DNA of 39,205 nucleotides from Polyangiaceae bacterium. Lineage in GTDB: Bacteria > Myxococcota_A > Polyangia > Polyangiales > Polyangiaceae. The position numbers and the translations under genes were made by a program. The notes beneath the pieces were generated by a model. That model had not been told where the DNA came from. It searched no databases and saw only the letters and a program-made list of their open reading frames with translations. The number at the start of each line of letters is the position of its first letter. Within the stretch, counting starts at the first letter, position 1. Of this stretch, positions 1 to 8,724 are shown piece after piece. The stretch spans positions 1 to 39,205 of the forward strand of contig JBNKBE010000036.1 in NCBI GenBank assembly GCA_050287085.1, in the 5' to 3' direction.

Positions 1-2
1 GT

Positions 3-764
3 GGGGGCGCCGCCGGCAGGGGAATGTCCGGCGGCGATAACGTGGCGGGTGCCGAAACGGGGGGCGCAGGCGCCGAAGGTGGCGCGGGCGGTATGGACGC
101 CGCCCCCGAGGCCTGTCCCGCAGACGCTGTCTACTGTGCAGACTTCGAGGATGACCCGGGTGACGAGCCGCCGGGCGGGGCCGTTTTCAAGCTGAATGGC
201 GACCCCAGCACCAGTTGGAAAACGTACTTCGAGCTGGACTCGAGCGTGGCTCATACGAGCACGTCTTCGCTGCGCGTCCTGACAGACGCGGGCACGGCTT
301 ATCACTTCCTCGCCATACCCACGGGCGGACCCAAATTCTGGGTGCGCTTCTATCTCCGAAGCGACAAGGAGCTCGGGGTTGTCGATCACAACGACATAGC
401 CTACGCCGCCGCGACCGACGACCCCAACGACTTGCAGGGCGTCCAGTTCTCGGAGGATGTTGGCTTGTCCCTTCGGAGTGACGATAGCAACATCCGCTGG
501 CCCGACGGCTACGGGCGACTGATGGACGGCAGCACCCACCCCTACAGCTTGCCGGCGGACGCCTGGCATTGCATCGAGATGGCGATCGATGGCCCGCAGG
601 GAGAGCACGCCCTCTATGTGGATGGCGACATACTGATCGAAGCCGCCCTGCCACCATCGACTCCGGCGGTCTTCAAGTTCGGATACAACGCCCTCCACGG
701 GACGCAGCGCCAGCTGTGGTACGACGACGTCGTGGTGGCGCCGGACCGCGTCGGCTGCCTCTAG
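3..764 (+). CDS. Secreted protein with ConA-like / Cip1-like (polysaccharide lyase-like) domain, 5' partial
   Basis: Frame is open from position 3, so the true start is probably upstream of the window. A Gly/Ala linker precedes CxxxxxxCxDFE, WVRFYLR, WHCIEM and LWYDDVVV..RVGC motifs, typical of Cip1-like beta-sandwich domains. Confidence 0.6.
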   Translation, partial: GGAAGRGMSGGDNVAGAETGGAGAEGGAGGMDAAPEACPADAVYCADFEDDPGDEPPGGAVFKLNGDPSTSWKTYFELDSSVAHTSTSSLRVLTDAGTAYHFLAIPTGGPKFWVRFYLRSDKELGVVDHNDIAYAAATDDPNDLQGVQFSEDVGLSLRSDDSNIRWPDGYGRLMDGSTHPYSLPADAWHCIEMAIDGPQGEHALYVDGDILIEAALPPSTPAVFKFGYNALHGTQRQLWYDDVVVAPDRVGCL

Positions 765-778
765 TTCCGCTTCCGGCT

Positions 779-1570
779 TCACCCCTTCCGCGCGGAAACG
801 ACATGCGCCGGACTGGCGAACTCCACCGACCCGTCTTCGTTCGCGAAGGCGGCGAGCACTGCCCTTGCCTGTCGCCTCAGCAATTCGTACTGCTCGGCGT
901 CGATGCGGTCAGCCAGCGTCCAGCCCTTCACTTCGGTGTGAATCCACGCTTCGATGGATGAGAATCGCGCGGTTCCAACGACGGTCTCGATGGCAGGGGC
1001 CTCGATCCCCGCGCGCTCGAAGAGCTCACGAAGTATCGATACGTCGCCCAGGCAAAATGGCGCGGTGAGCTCGGTGGCGATCGCGTCGCCAAAGAGCGAG
1101 CGCAGCAGATCGACCATCGCGTTGTAGCCCGGTGTCTCCAAGAGAGAGCCCCACACGGCCACGGCCAACTTGCCTCCGGGAGCGAGCACCCGCCACATCT
1201 CGCGCAGCGCCCGAACCCGGTCCTCGAAGAACATCAGGCCGAACTGACTACCGACCGCCGCATATTCACCAGACCCAAAAGGCAGCTCTTCGGCACGTGC
1301 GCTTTGCCAGTCGACGTCCGGCGCAAGGCGTCGGCCGACGGCTAACATGCCCTCGTTGCAATCGACGCCGCACACGCGCTCGGGGCCGACCTGACGGGCA
1401 AGCTCCCGAGCGAGCACGCCGGTTCCACAAGCGACGTCCAGCACGCGACCGTCGCCGATGGGCTCCAGCGCGCGCACCACTCTCGGCGGCCACTCGGCGA
1501 ATAGAGCTGGCACGAAGAAGTCCTCATAAACGGAGGCGGCATCGCGATTGACCTGGCCATCGGAAGTCAT
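779..1570 (-). CDS. Class I SAM-dependent methyltransferase (UbiE/Methyltransf_11-like)
   Basis: Motif I VLDVACGTG, then GVDCNEGML, AEELPF, QFGLMFF and RVLAPGG. Confidence 0.9.
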   Translation of the reverse strand: MTSDGQVNRDAASVYEDFFVPALFAEWPPRVVRALEPIGDGRVLDVACGTGVLARELARQVGPERVCGVDCNEGMLAVGRRLAPDVDWQSARAEELPFGSGEYAAVGSQFGLMFFEDRVRALREMWRVLAPGGKLAVAVWGSLLETPGYNAMVDLLRSLFGDAIATELTAPFCLGDVSILRELFERAGIEAPAIETVVGTARFSSIEAWIHTEVKGWTLADRIDAEQYELLRRQARAVLAAFANEDGSVEFASPAHVVSARKG

Positions 1571-1602
1571 GCTCCGACCTTATGGCGGTAGGCATTTGCG
1601 GC

Positions 1603-1621
1603 AAGGACAAAATCTGTACTT
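1603..1621. promoter_or_regulatory. Candidate HxlR-family operator (7-5-7 dyad AAGGACA-aaatc-TGTACTT)
   Basis: Inverted repeat with one mismatch in the 84-bp divergent gap between the methyltransferase and the regulator. Confidence 0.5.
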
Positions 1622-1654
1622 GGCTTCGGCACGCGGCGATCGCAGCATCGCTGT

Positions 1655-2320
1655 ATGAAGCGCTACGGCCAGTATTGTCCGATCTCGCGGGCGTCCGAGA
1701 TCCTAGCCGAGCGATGGACGCTGCTCGTGCTGCGAAACCTGCTCCTTGGGTGCAATACCTTCAATGCGATCGCGGGGGGTGTCCCGGGCATGTCGCGATC
1801 TCTCCTCACATCACGACTGCGGACGCTCGAGGACCAGGGGATCGTGACGAGCAAGCCCAAGCCCGGGCGCCGGGGACGCGAGTATGCCCTCACCGACGCG
1901 GGGCGTGATCTTTGGAGCGTCATCGAAGCCCTATCGTCGTGGGGCCGCCGCTGGATCGAACTGCAGCCCGAGCACAGCGGACCTTCTTTCGTCCTCTGGG
2001 CGTGGGCCCATGTGCACCTAAAGCGCGACAAGCTCCCAGCCCAAAGGGTGGTAGTAGAGTTCGAGTTCCCGGATGAACCCCCGAGCTATCGACTCTTCTG
2101 GTTCTTGATCGAGCGCGGCAACGTCGAGCTCTGCTACTCTCGCCCTGGGTTCGAGCCCGATCTGAAGGTCAGGGCGCGCTCGCAGCCTTTCACTCTGTGG
2201 CACGTCGGCCGCCTCAGCTGGGGACAGGCCGTGTGCACAGGCGCTATCCGCGTCAGCGGACCGCGCGCGCTCGCAACTGCGTTGCCAAGCTGGAACGAGC
2301 GCGCACGCAGCGCGGTCTAG
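1655..2320 (+). CDS. HxlR-family winged-helix regulator with C-terminal SCP2-like domain
   Basis: YGQYCPISRASEILAERWTLLVLRNL, GVPGMSRSLLTSRLRTLE and EYALTDAG, followed by a C-terminal sterol-carrier-like region. Confidence 0.9.
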   Translation: MKRYGQYCPISRASEILAERWTLLVLRNLLLGCNTFNAIAGGVPGMSRSLLTSRLRTLEDQGIVTSKPKPGRRGREYALTDAGRDLWSVIEALSSWGRRWIELQPEHSGPSFVLWAWAHVHLKRDKLPAQRVVVEFEFPDEPPSYRLFWFLIERGNVELCYSRPGFEPDLKVRARSQPFTLWHVGRLSWGQAVCTGAIRVSGPRALATALPSWNERARSAV

Positions 2321-2391
2321 CTGCTTCGATAGATCGCTGGCTCACCACGGCCGGCACCGAGCTTCCGCACTTCGTAAAAACCCGGCGACTA

Positions 2392-2985
2392 CTATTGGAA
2401 ACAGGTGTGATCAAACGTCGAGTCCGGGGCGTCGTAGACGGCGGGCACGCATGCGCAAAGCCCAGTCGCCACGTTGCAGTATTGCCACGACTCACACGAA
2501 CCACAGCTCCGAGGCTTGTCATCTGAGACGTCGTCCGGCGCGCCTCCGTCAGCAATCCGCTCTTCTGAGCCACCGGATGGGGTGTCTTCATCACCCGCGT
2601 CCTGGACGCCGCTCTGACCACCCCTGGCATCGGGCATCGAGGTGGGGTCCGACTGAGCACCTGCGCTCGAGCTCGCCCCACCGGCCCCGTCGTTCTGCCC
2701 CTCCACGCCGCCTGTCTCAGCGCCCGTGATACCCGCACCCGCCTCTGCTCCAGAGCCCTTCGAAGCGGAAGACGCCCCGGAACCCCCGGCAGCGGTCTCC
2801 ACCTCAACACCGGCGCTGTCTTTGCCATCGGTGGCCTTCGCTCCCGCATCGTGCGCAACGGCGTCGTCAGGCGGTCTTGCATCGAGCGGTCCAAAGTCGC
2901 AGGTCAGCGACTTGCCGCACTCCGGCTCTTCACATCCGAAGAGAAAGATCCCTGCGCTCAGCCAATACCAGCAGCCTCTCACCAC
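2392..2985 (-). CDS. Hypothetical lipoprotein (low-complexity linker, small Cys-rich C-terminus)
   Basis: AGGAGG RBS before a GTG start, lipobox-like FLFGC, Gly/Ala/Ser/Asp linker and a Cys-rich tail (CGSCESWQYC...CAC). Confidence 0.65.
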   Translation of the reverse strand: MVRGCWYWLSAGIFLFGCEEPECGKSLTCDFGPLDARPPDDAVAHDAGAKATDGKDSAGVEVETAAGGSGASSASKGSGAEAGAGITGAETGGVEGQNDGAGGASSSAGAQSDPTSMPDARGGQSGVQDAGDEDTPSGGSEERIADGGAPDDVSDDKPRSCGSCESWQYCNVATGLCACVPAVYDAPDSTFDHTCFQ

Positions 2986-3454
2986 TCAACCTCCTGACGG
3001 CACCAACAGACAAGACACCCCTTGCACCCACGTCGTCTGCCCATGGGCAGCTTCCGACATTCTCGTGCGTTGTGCAAGCAGGTGGTCGAGTCCAGCGCGA
3101 CGGGGCTCCTCGGCCCTAGCGGATGTCGCCTCGCACAAGGTCCATCGGCCAGAGCCGGACTCCGCCCTGGAATAGAAGCCAGGATCTCCAGCCATTCGAC
3201 TCCAGAAAAGCTCCCCGTCGCCGACAACATAGAAACCCCGGATAAACGGGCCGGCGGCCCGCTTGCTTGTAACGACGTTGCCCTTTCCATGCAGTCGACA
3301 GCGCCCCCCCAGAGCTCCCTACGCCAATCGCTCGAGTACTCCGGGTCCGGCGCAAAGCCCCAGGACCCTACGAGCGCCTCCGAGCCGAGCGGCATCAGTC
3401 TGTATGTCGGCAAGCGCCTTGTGCTAACCCTGGAGGCGAGCGACACTGGTCGCG

Positions 3455-5356
3455 ATGCTGTCCTTCCTCGCTTCTTTCGGAGATTGGGCCCGAGACCCCC
3501 GCAAAGCCGAATCCGTGATGCATGCGCTTGCTGCGTGCCTGCCCAAAGATTGCGAGAGCACAACCTATCAAACGGGTAGCGTTCTCGGGGGAAAGGGCTC
3601 CTGGGCGAAGTCTTGCCCAAGCTTTCGCTGCTCGACCTTGGGACGGGTGAACAGTGGATTGATTTCAGTATTCGAGACGGAGGACGGCTGGTGTCTCGCC
3701 TTCGGCGACATTCATGAACCAACTCCCAAGAGCTGCGCCGAATTGGTTCTTGAGACGTTCAACGACGCCAAGCGTCAGTCACGCTCCGCAGCACAGGCTG
3801 TTTTTGAGCTCAACGGCAATTTCGGTGCGGTCGTGGTCGAGCTAGCTCCGCAGCGTGTTTGGTTGCTGCACGATCTGATGGGGCGTCGACGCTTGCGCTA
3901 TCGCGTGACGCCGCATTCGCTAGCTATAAGCACTAGCGACGCAGCCCTGGCCCTGTTGACGGATGACCCCGGAGAGTGGAATCCAGTAGCGGCTGCATGC
4001 ACGACGACCATCGATTGGCCCATCGGGGGTGAGAGCCTACTGAAGAACGTCCGTCGAGCGCCTCAACTGGAAGCTGTCGCCGTCGATATCGGGCGCTCTC
4101 CCTTCGCACAGAAGCCTGTGCGCCTCCAGCATCCGCTCAGCATGGCCAGAGTCGCACGCAATGATTCGAAGGCGCTACAAGAGCTACGGGAAAACTGTAT
4201 CGAAGCGATGTGTTCGCTCATAGCGAGCCACACAGCAGAAGGTACCTTGCCGCTATCGGTATCGTTGACCGCCGGACTTGACAGCCGAGCAGCGTTGGCG
4301 GTCACGCGCCACGTGGCCAGCGCATCCGCGATCTCGACGTGGACCAGCGGCCTCGAGCATGACACAGAAACCAGGATTGCTAGGATCCTGTCGGAGCGTT
4401 GTGGGCTTCCCCATCAAGCGACCACTCCGGCGAGCAGTGCCCGTGACTTCTTCAAACAGCTACGACGTCGTGCGTTCTATTACAACGGACTCACCAACGC
4501 GAAACGGTGTTTTGTTCCCTTCGCTCCATACGAACGTCGCGCGATCGCCGTCGGAGGTGGTTTCGCGGAGACTCTGCGTGGCTTCTACTACTGGGGCACC
4601 CGCCAAACTCAAGGCGGAGTGCCTTGGGCGCTGTCTCGCATGACCCAGAAGCTCAGCCGGAAGAAGCTAGGGTTGGTGCCCGCGGAAATTGAAACCGAGG
4701 TCCAAGGTCGCGTGGCGGCGGCAGCACAATCATTCGCGCAGCTGGGTCAAAGTGGCTACGACACCCTGGACGCATTCTACGTGCACGAACGACTCGCTCA
4801 CTGGTCGTTGAACTCACAGGTCCCGGAAACCGAATGGCGCGCCGATCCGTTTGGAGCTTCACGTCTCGCCCAACTCGCCTTTCGCTTCCCGTCTCCCATC
4901 GGTAAGAACACGCACCTACACCGCCAACTCATCCACCGCTGGCTACCGGAGGCTCGGTGGCTCCCCGTGAACGGCTCCTACATCCCGCCCCTCATCGGCT
5001 ATCGACCAGCACCTCGTCTCCTGGCAGTCACTGGTCGCATCAAGAAGGAACTGCGACGGCGCCTCCCATCGCTGGCTCAGCCGAGCGCCGTCCCTGCCGC
5101 CCAAGGCATAGCTTTCAAGAAGCTGCTCAGGGATCACCCTGGGTTACTCACTCACGGTGTCCTAGAACACTTGTTCGAGCGACAAGCGTTGCTCACACTG
5201 CAGCGCCAACACATCCTCGACGCAGGTCACGCGCAAGCCATTGGTTTTCTGCTCACGATGGTTGAATTCGAACAACTACTAGCGGACGCAAGAGCCCACA
5301 TGCAGAGTAGCGCCAGCCAAACTCAGTCCCCGGCGGCGCCCAGAATCTCTGGCTGA
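3455..5356 (+). CDS. Asparagine synthetase-like ATP pyrophosphatase/amidoligase lacking the N-terminal catalytic Cys
   Basis: 633-aa ORF with a GATase-II-like stretch (LNGNFGAV..HDLMGRRRL), PP-loop variant SLTAGLDSR and GGGFAETLRGFY. It starts MLSF, so there is no Cys at position 2. Confidence 0.75.
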   Translation: MLSFLASFGDWARDPRKAESVMHALAACLPKDCESTTYQTGSVLGGKGSWAKSCPSFRCSTLGRVNSGLISVFETEDGWCLAFGDIHEPTPKSCAELVLETFNDAKRQSRSAAQAVFELNGNFGAVVVELAPQRVWLLHDLMGRRRLRYRVTPHSLAISTSDAALALLTDDPGEWNPVAAACTTTIDWPIGGESLLKNVRRAPQLEAVAVDIGRSPFAQKPVRLQHPLSMARVARNDSKALQELRENCIEAMCSLIASHTAEGTLPLSVSLTAGLDSRAALAVTRHVASASAISTWTSGLEHDTETRIARILSERCGLPHQATTPASSARDFFKQLRRRAFYYNGLTNAKRCFVPFAPYERRAIAVGGGFAETLRGFYYWGTRQTQGGVPWALSRMTQKLSRKKLGLVPAEIETEVQGRVAAAAQSFAQLGQSGYDTLDAFYVHERLAHWSLNSQVPETEWRADPFGASRLAQLAFRFPSPIGKNTHLHRQLIHRWLPEARWLPVNGSYIPPLIGYRPAPRLLAVTGRIKKELRRRLPSLAQPSAVPAAQGIAFKKLLRDHPGLLTHGVLEHLFERQALLTLQRQHILDAGHAQAIGFLLTMVEFEQLLADARAHMQSSASQTQSPAAPRISG

Positions 5357-5976
5357 GTGCCACCCCGGCTGAGGGGCGTCCAATACAGGCGTACGTCCGC
5401 CTGCGGCGCCTGACTGAGGTCGGCGGCGACGGCAAAACGCTCGCCCCGTCGCACAAGCGTCGTCAGCGTTCCCCCCAACTCAGCATAACCAATACGCTGG
5501 CAACTGGTTGAAGCGCAGTCGTCTGGAGCCAGCAGATTGAATGCCTCCCCAACGTACACGAATGACTTGAGAGTGGTATGAGCAGGTCCGCTGGGAACCG
5601 TTTGGAGAACCCCATCGGACGTTGCGTTGTAGACGATCCACCAGCGGCTCGCACTCAGGCGATTCTCTGAGGCGGGTAAACGCGCCCGTGCCCCCAACTC
5701 AAAGGAGCTACTATTCTCGACCGAAGCCACCCTTTCGTCGAGCGCTGAGACCGAAGCTCGCAGTGCGTCGACTTGTGCAGCGCTCGAGGCTCCCTCGAGC
5801 GCCTGAACTTTCTCTTCCAGAGCGTTGACGGCCGCCGCCAGCGCTCCGAAGTTCCCGTTGATATCCGCAGAGCGGACGGGCTCTCCACCGCGAAATACGT
5901 GTGGCTCCACAAGCGCAAGCGCCGCCGTAGGAACCAAGGCCGCCGCCAGGACACTCCCCCACCGCGTCTTTCCCAT
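5323..5976 (-). CDS. Hypothetical secreted protein with coiled coil
   Basis: ATG at 5976 gives a signal peptide (MGKTRWGSVLAAALVPTAALA), a PHVFxxGEPVRSADINGNF motif and a heptad region. The upstream ORF extension runs through a tandem repeat and is probably non-coding. Confidence 0.7.
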   Translation of the reverse strand: MGKTRWGSVLAAALVPTAALALVEPHVFRGGEPVRSADINGNFGALAAAVNALEEKVQALEGASSAAQVDALRASVSALDERVASVENSSSFELGARARLPASENRLSASRWWIVYNATSDGVLQTVPSGPAHTTLKSFVYVGEAFNLLAPDDCASTSCQRIGYAELGGTLTTLVRRGERFAVAADLSQAPQADVRLYWTPLSRGGTQPEILGAAGD

Positions 5977-6060
5977 GGTGCTTGGTTCGCTCGACGCAAT
6001 CCGATTGTCAAGGGCTTTGCCGTCCGCCGGAGAAACCCCGTGGCTCAGTGGCGGCCGCGG

Positions 6061-6159
6061 GCGGCGCCCCTTGGTCGTGGGCGGCGCCCCTTGGTCGTGG
6101 GCGGCGCCCCTTGGTCGTGGGCGGCGCCCCTTGGTCGTGGGCGGCTCCCTTGGTCGCGG
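6061..6159. repeat. 20-bp tandem repeat GCGGCGCCCCTTGGTCGTGG x4 plus one degenerate copy
   Basis: Four exact head-to-tail copies at 6061-6140 and a degenerate copy at 6141-6159; no spacers. Confidence 0.95.
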
Positions 6160-6174
6160 CTCCAGTGGCGCTTG

Positions 6175-6206
6175 GGCCCGAGAACGCGGCCCGAGAACGC
6201 GGCCCG
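6175..6206. repeat. 13-bp tandem repeat GGCCCGAGAACGC x2.5
   Basis: Exact copies at 6175-6187 and 6188-6200, partial copy at 6201-6206. Confidence 0.9.
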
Positions 6207-6731
6207 CAATGCCTCGCCATCCGTGGCCCGATCCATATCCCCAGCTAAACGGGTGCAAGGTCGACAGTGTGCCAACGTCCTGCATTTCGCTGGCATCAAA
6301 CAGCTCGAGCCCCGGAGCTTCTCAGCTCACTGATACCGGCGCTCCGAGCGATCCGGACCTCGAGCTCACACCGGTCTGGGCGTCGAAGAGGCCAGAACGG
6401 GGGGTGACGCGCCCAGAAACGCCCGGTAGCCCTCGGTAGTGAGCAACCGGGAGCTTGTAGTCCTGCCCCCGCGACGTGAAAGACAGCTCGGCCGGCTTTC
6501 GACAAGGTGCAAAGCCCACGGCATCGAGGGCCGGAGCCCGCACCCCCCGCGGCAAGCTCATGAAGCCAAGCTTTCACCTCGGACGCGCCGCGCTCCGAGG
6601 CCGGCGAGGCGAGCCCGTTGGAGGTCCCCGAGGCGCCCGAAGAGTGCCCGCCCCGCGGACGCGCCGAAACCCGGCCGGCGCGAGCGTGTCGCGGGCCCTA
6701 AGTCTTACAAGGTGTGACTTCGCTCGCCATG

Positions 6732-6746
6732 CGGCTCGATTGTTGC
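6732..6746 (+). promoter_or_regulatory. Candidate sigma54 -24/-12 promoter (CGGCTCGATTGTTGC)
   Basis: GG-N10-GC with TTGC, two mismatches to TGGCACG-N4-TTGC, about 55 nt upstream of the DUF1592 start. Confidence 0.45.
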
Positions 6747-6800
6747 GCTCTTTCGAGATCTGTTGACCCCTTTGGACGACTTGAGGGGTCGTTCATTGCG

Positions 6801-8723
6801 ATGATGCAAACAAAAGTGGGGATTGCCCTGTTGGGTGGCATTGCTCTCTTGGCTGGCTGCGACGGTGCGCTGGGTCTTTCACCGGTCGAAAAAGGTGGCA
6901 CATCTGCTGGAAACGGCAACGGGCCTAGCGATGCCGGCGCCGCCCCAGACGGCAATACGGATAGCAATGCCGACGGCGATGCGGAGAATAGGGGCGACAC
7001 GGAACGCGCCCTGTCGGACGACCCAAGCGAAGGACCTACAGAGTTTTCCTGTGACACGGAGATCGCCCCGAAGAGTCCGGGCATGCGCCGCCTTACGAGA
7101 CGCCAATACCAAAACACCCTCTTGGATTTGTTCGCCACCGCGCTTGGCGATGATGTCGCAGCCTCGTCCGTCTACGACGAGTTGAGTTCAACCATCGCTC
7201 GCATCCCTCGTGATCAACGCGCCATTCTGCCCCAAGATCTGCACGGCACCTTTCGACGCCTCGATCAGAGCGTGCAGCAGGCACATGTCGACTATTGGTA
7301 CGAGGTCGGGGTTGTGGCTGGTCGGATCTTGTCTCGTAACGAGCATCTCGAGGCGCTGGTGGGCTCGTGCGCAACCGACGGCGACGCTTTGAACGATGCG
7401 GAGTGTGTCACTGGCTTCATCCGTTCGTTTGGAAGTCTGGCGCTTCGTCGTCCTCCTACGGACGACGAAGTGGCGCACTACGAAACGTTCTATGCTCCCA
7501 GCACAGGCATTGATCCTCTGGGGTTTGCCGACGTCGTCAGTGGATTGCTCAATGCTCCGCACTTTCTCTACATGGTGGAGCACGGCGACGCCGAGGTGGA
7601 AGACCAAGCGAACACGTTCGACGTCGAAGCCTACGAGCTTGCGTCACGCCTGTCTTATCACTTCTGGGGCACGATGCCCGACGCTCGCCTCTTCGAGCTC
7701 GCGGCGTCAGGGGCTCTACTCGAAGACGTCACCTACAAAGCGGAAGTCGAGCGCCTGTGGGGTGACGTGCGCACCCGGGCCACCTTGCGGGAGTTCTTCC
7801 GCGAATGGATGAAAGTCGAAGAGCTGCCGGAGCTCGACGCCAACAATGGCGCGATCGTCTTTCAGAATTTTGCAGGCGAAGACCTACCGAGCGCTGAGCT
7901 CCGGCAGGCCATGATGGACGAGGTCGTCGACCTCATCGACTACTACACCTGGGAACAACCAGGCGGCATCGAGCAAGTCTTCACGACGAACCATGCCTTC
8001 GCAAGGTCGGATGAACTGGCAGCGCTCTACGGAATCCCCGCGTGGGACGGCGAGTCCGCACCGCCAACGTTCGCTTCGGAGCGGCCTGGCGTCTTGACTC
8101 GTGCGCTCTTTCTCTCAACGGGTACAGCCAACACGCGCCCGGTGAAGAAGGGGGTCTTCGTGCGCAGAAACATTCTATGCGACAAGATCCCCCCGCCTCC
8201 AGAAAACGTGATGGCTATGCCTCCGGAGCTCAGCCCCGAATTCTCGACGCGACAGGTGGTCGAAGAGATCACCGAGGGAGCCGGAACCGGTTGCGCGGGC
8301 TGTCATGGCAATCTCATCAATCCGCTCGGGTTTGCGACGGAGAGCTTCGATAGCTTGGGGCGCGAGCGCTCGAAACAGAGTCTTTTTGACGAAGCTGGAT
8401 TGCCCTCTGGCACCGCCCCAATCGATACGAGTTCAATTCCGCAAGTGGTTCTGGGCGACATGACTCCTGCCGAAGGTCCAGGCGACTTGATGACGATGCT
8501 TATCGACAGCGGCAAGCCAGCGGCCTGCGCTGTGCGTCACTACTTCCGTTTCACCTTTGGGCGCTGGGAAGGTGTCGTCTCCGACGGATGCGCCCTGGAA
8601 GAGATGCGTCTGGCTCTCGAGGAGACGGGCAGCCTCGCCGATATGTTGCGATCCGTAGCGCTCACCGATGCCTTCCGACGGAGAACTTTCAATTTCGAAC
8701 CCGCCCAAACAGGAGACAACTGA
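6801..8723 (+). CDS. DUF1592/DUF1588 (PSD/PSCyt-type) lipoprotein with one CxxCH
   Basis: GAGGGG RBS then ATG at 6801; lipobox LLAGC; MRRLTRRQYQNTL, YELASRLSYHFWGTMPD, TRPVKKGVFVRRNILC and CAGCH..INPLGFATESFD. Confidence 0.9.
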   Translation: MMQTKVGIALLGGIALLAGCDGALGLSPVEKGGTSAGNGNGPSDAGAAPDGNTDSNADGDAENRGDTERALSDDPSEGPTEFSCDTEIAPKSPGMRRLTRRQYQNTLLDLFATALGDDVAASSVYDELSSTIARIPRDQRAILPQDLHGTFRRLDQSVQQAHVDYWYEVGVVAGRILSRNEHLEALVGSCATDGDALNDAECVTGFIRSFGSLALRRPPTDDEVAHYETFYAPSTGIDPLGFADVVSGLLNAPHFLYMVEHGDAEVEDQANTFDVEAYELASRLSYHFWGTMPDARLFELAASGALLEDVTYKAEVERLWGDVRTRATLREFFREWMKVEELPELDANNGAIVFQNFAGEDLPSAELRQAMMDEVVDLIDYYTWEQPGGIEQVFTTNHAFARSDELAALYGIPAWDGESAPPTFASERPGVLTRALFLSTGTANTRPVKKGVFVRRNILCDKIPPPPENVMAMPPELSPEFSTRQVVEEITEGAGTGCAGCHGNLINPLGFATESFDSLGRERSKQSLFDEAGLPSGTAPIDTSSIPQVVLGDMTPAEGPGDLMTMLIDSGKPAACAVRHYFRFTFGRWEGVVSDGCALEEMRLALEETGSLADMLRSVALTDAFRRRTFNFEPAQTGDN

Positions 8724-8724
8724 G

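Noticed and set aside
2147..2158. tRNA T-arm-like GGGTTCGAGCCC
   Set aside because: Lies inside the HxlR coding sequence with no surrounding cloverleaf.
3455..5356. Lasso peptide cyclase / RiPP cluster
   Set aside because: No B1/B2 (RRE, transglutaminase-like) genes and no precursor with a YxxPxL leader were seen nearby.
6061..6159. Possible CRISPR array
   Set aside because: Units are contiguous with no unique spacers, and no cas genes are in the window; it is a minisatellite.
5977..6285. N-terminal extension of the 5323-6285 ORF
   Set aside because: It runs through a 20-bp repeat whose unit is not a multiple of three, and the signal peptide begins at ATG 5976.
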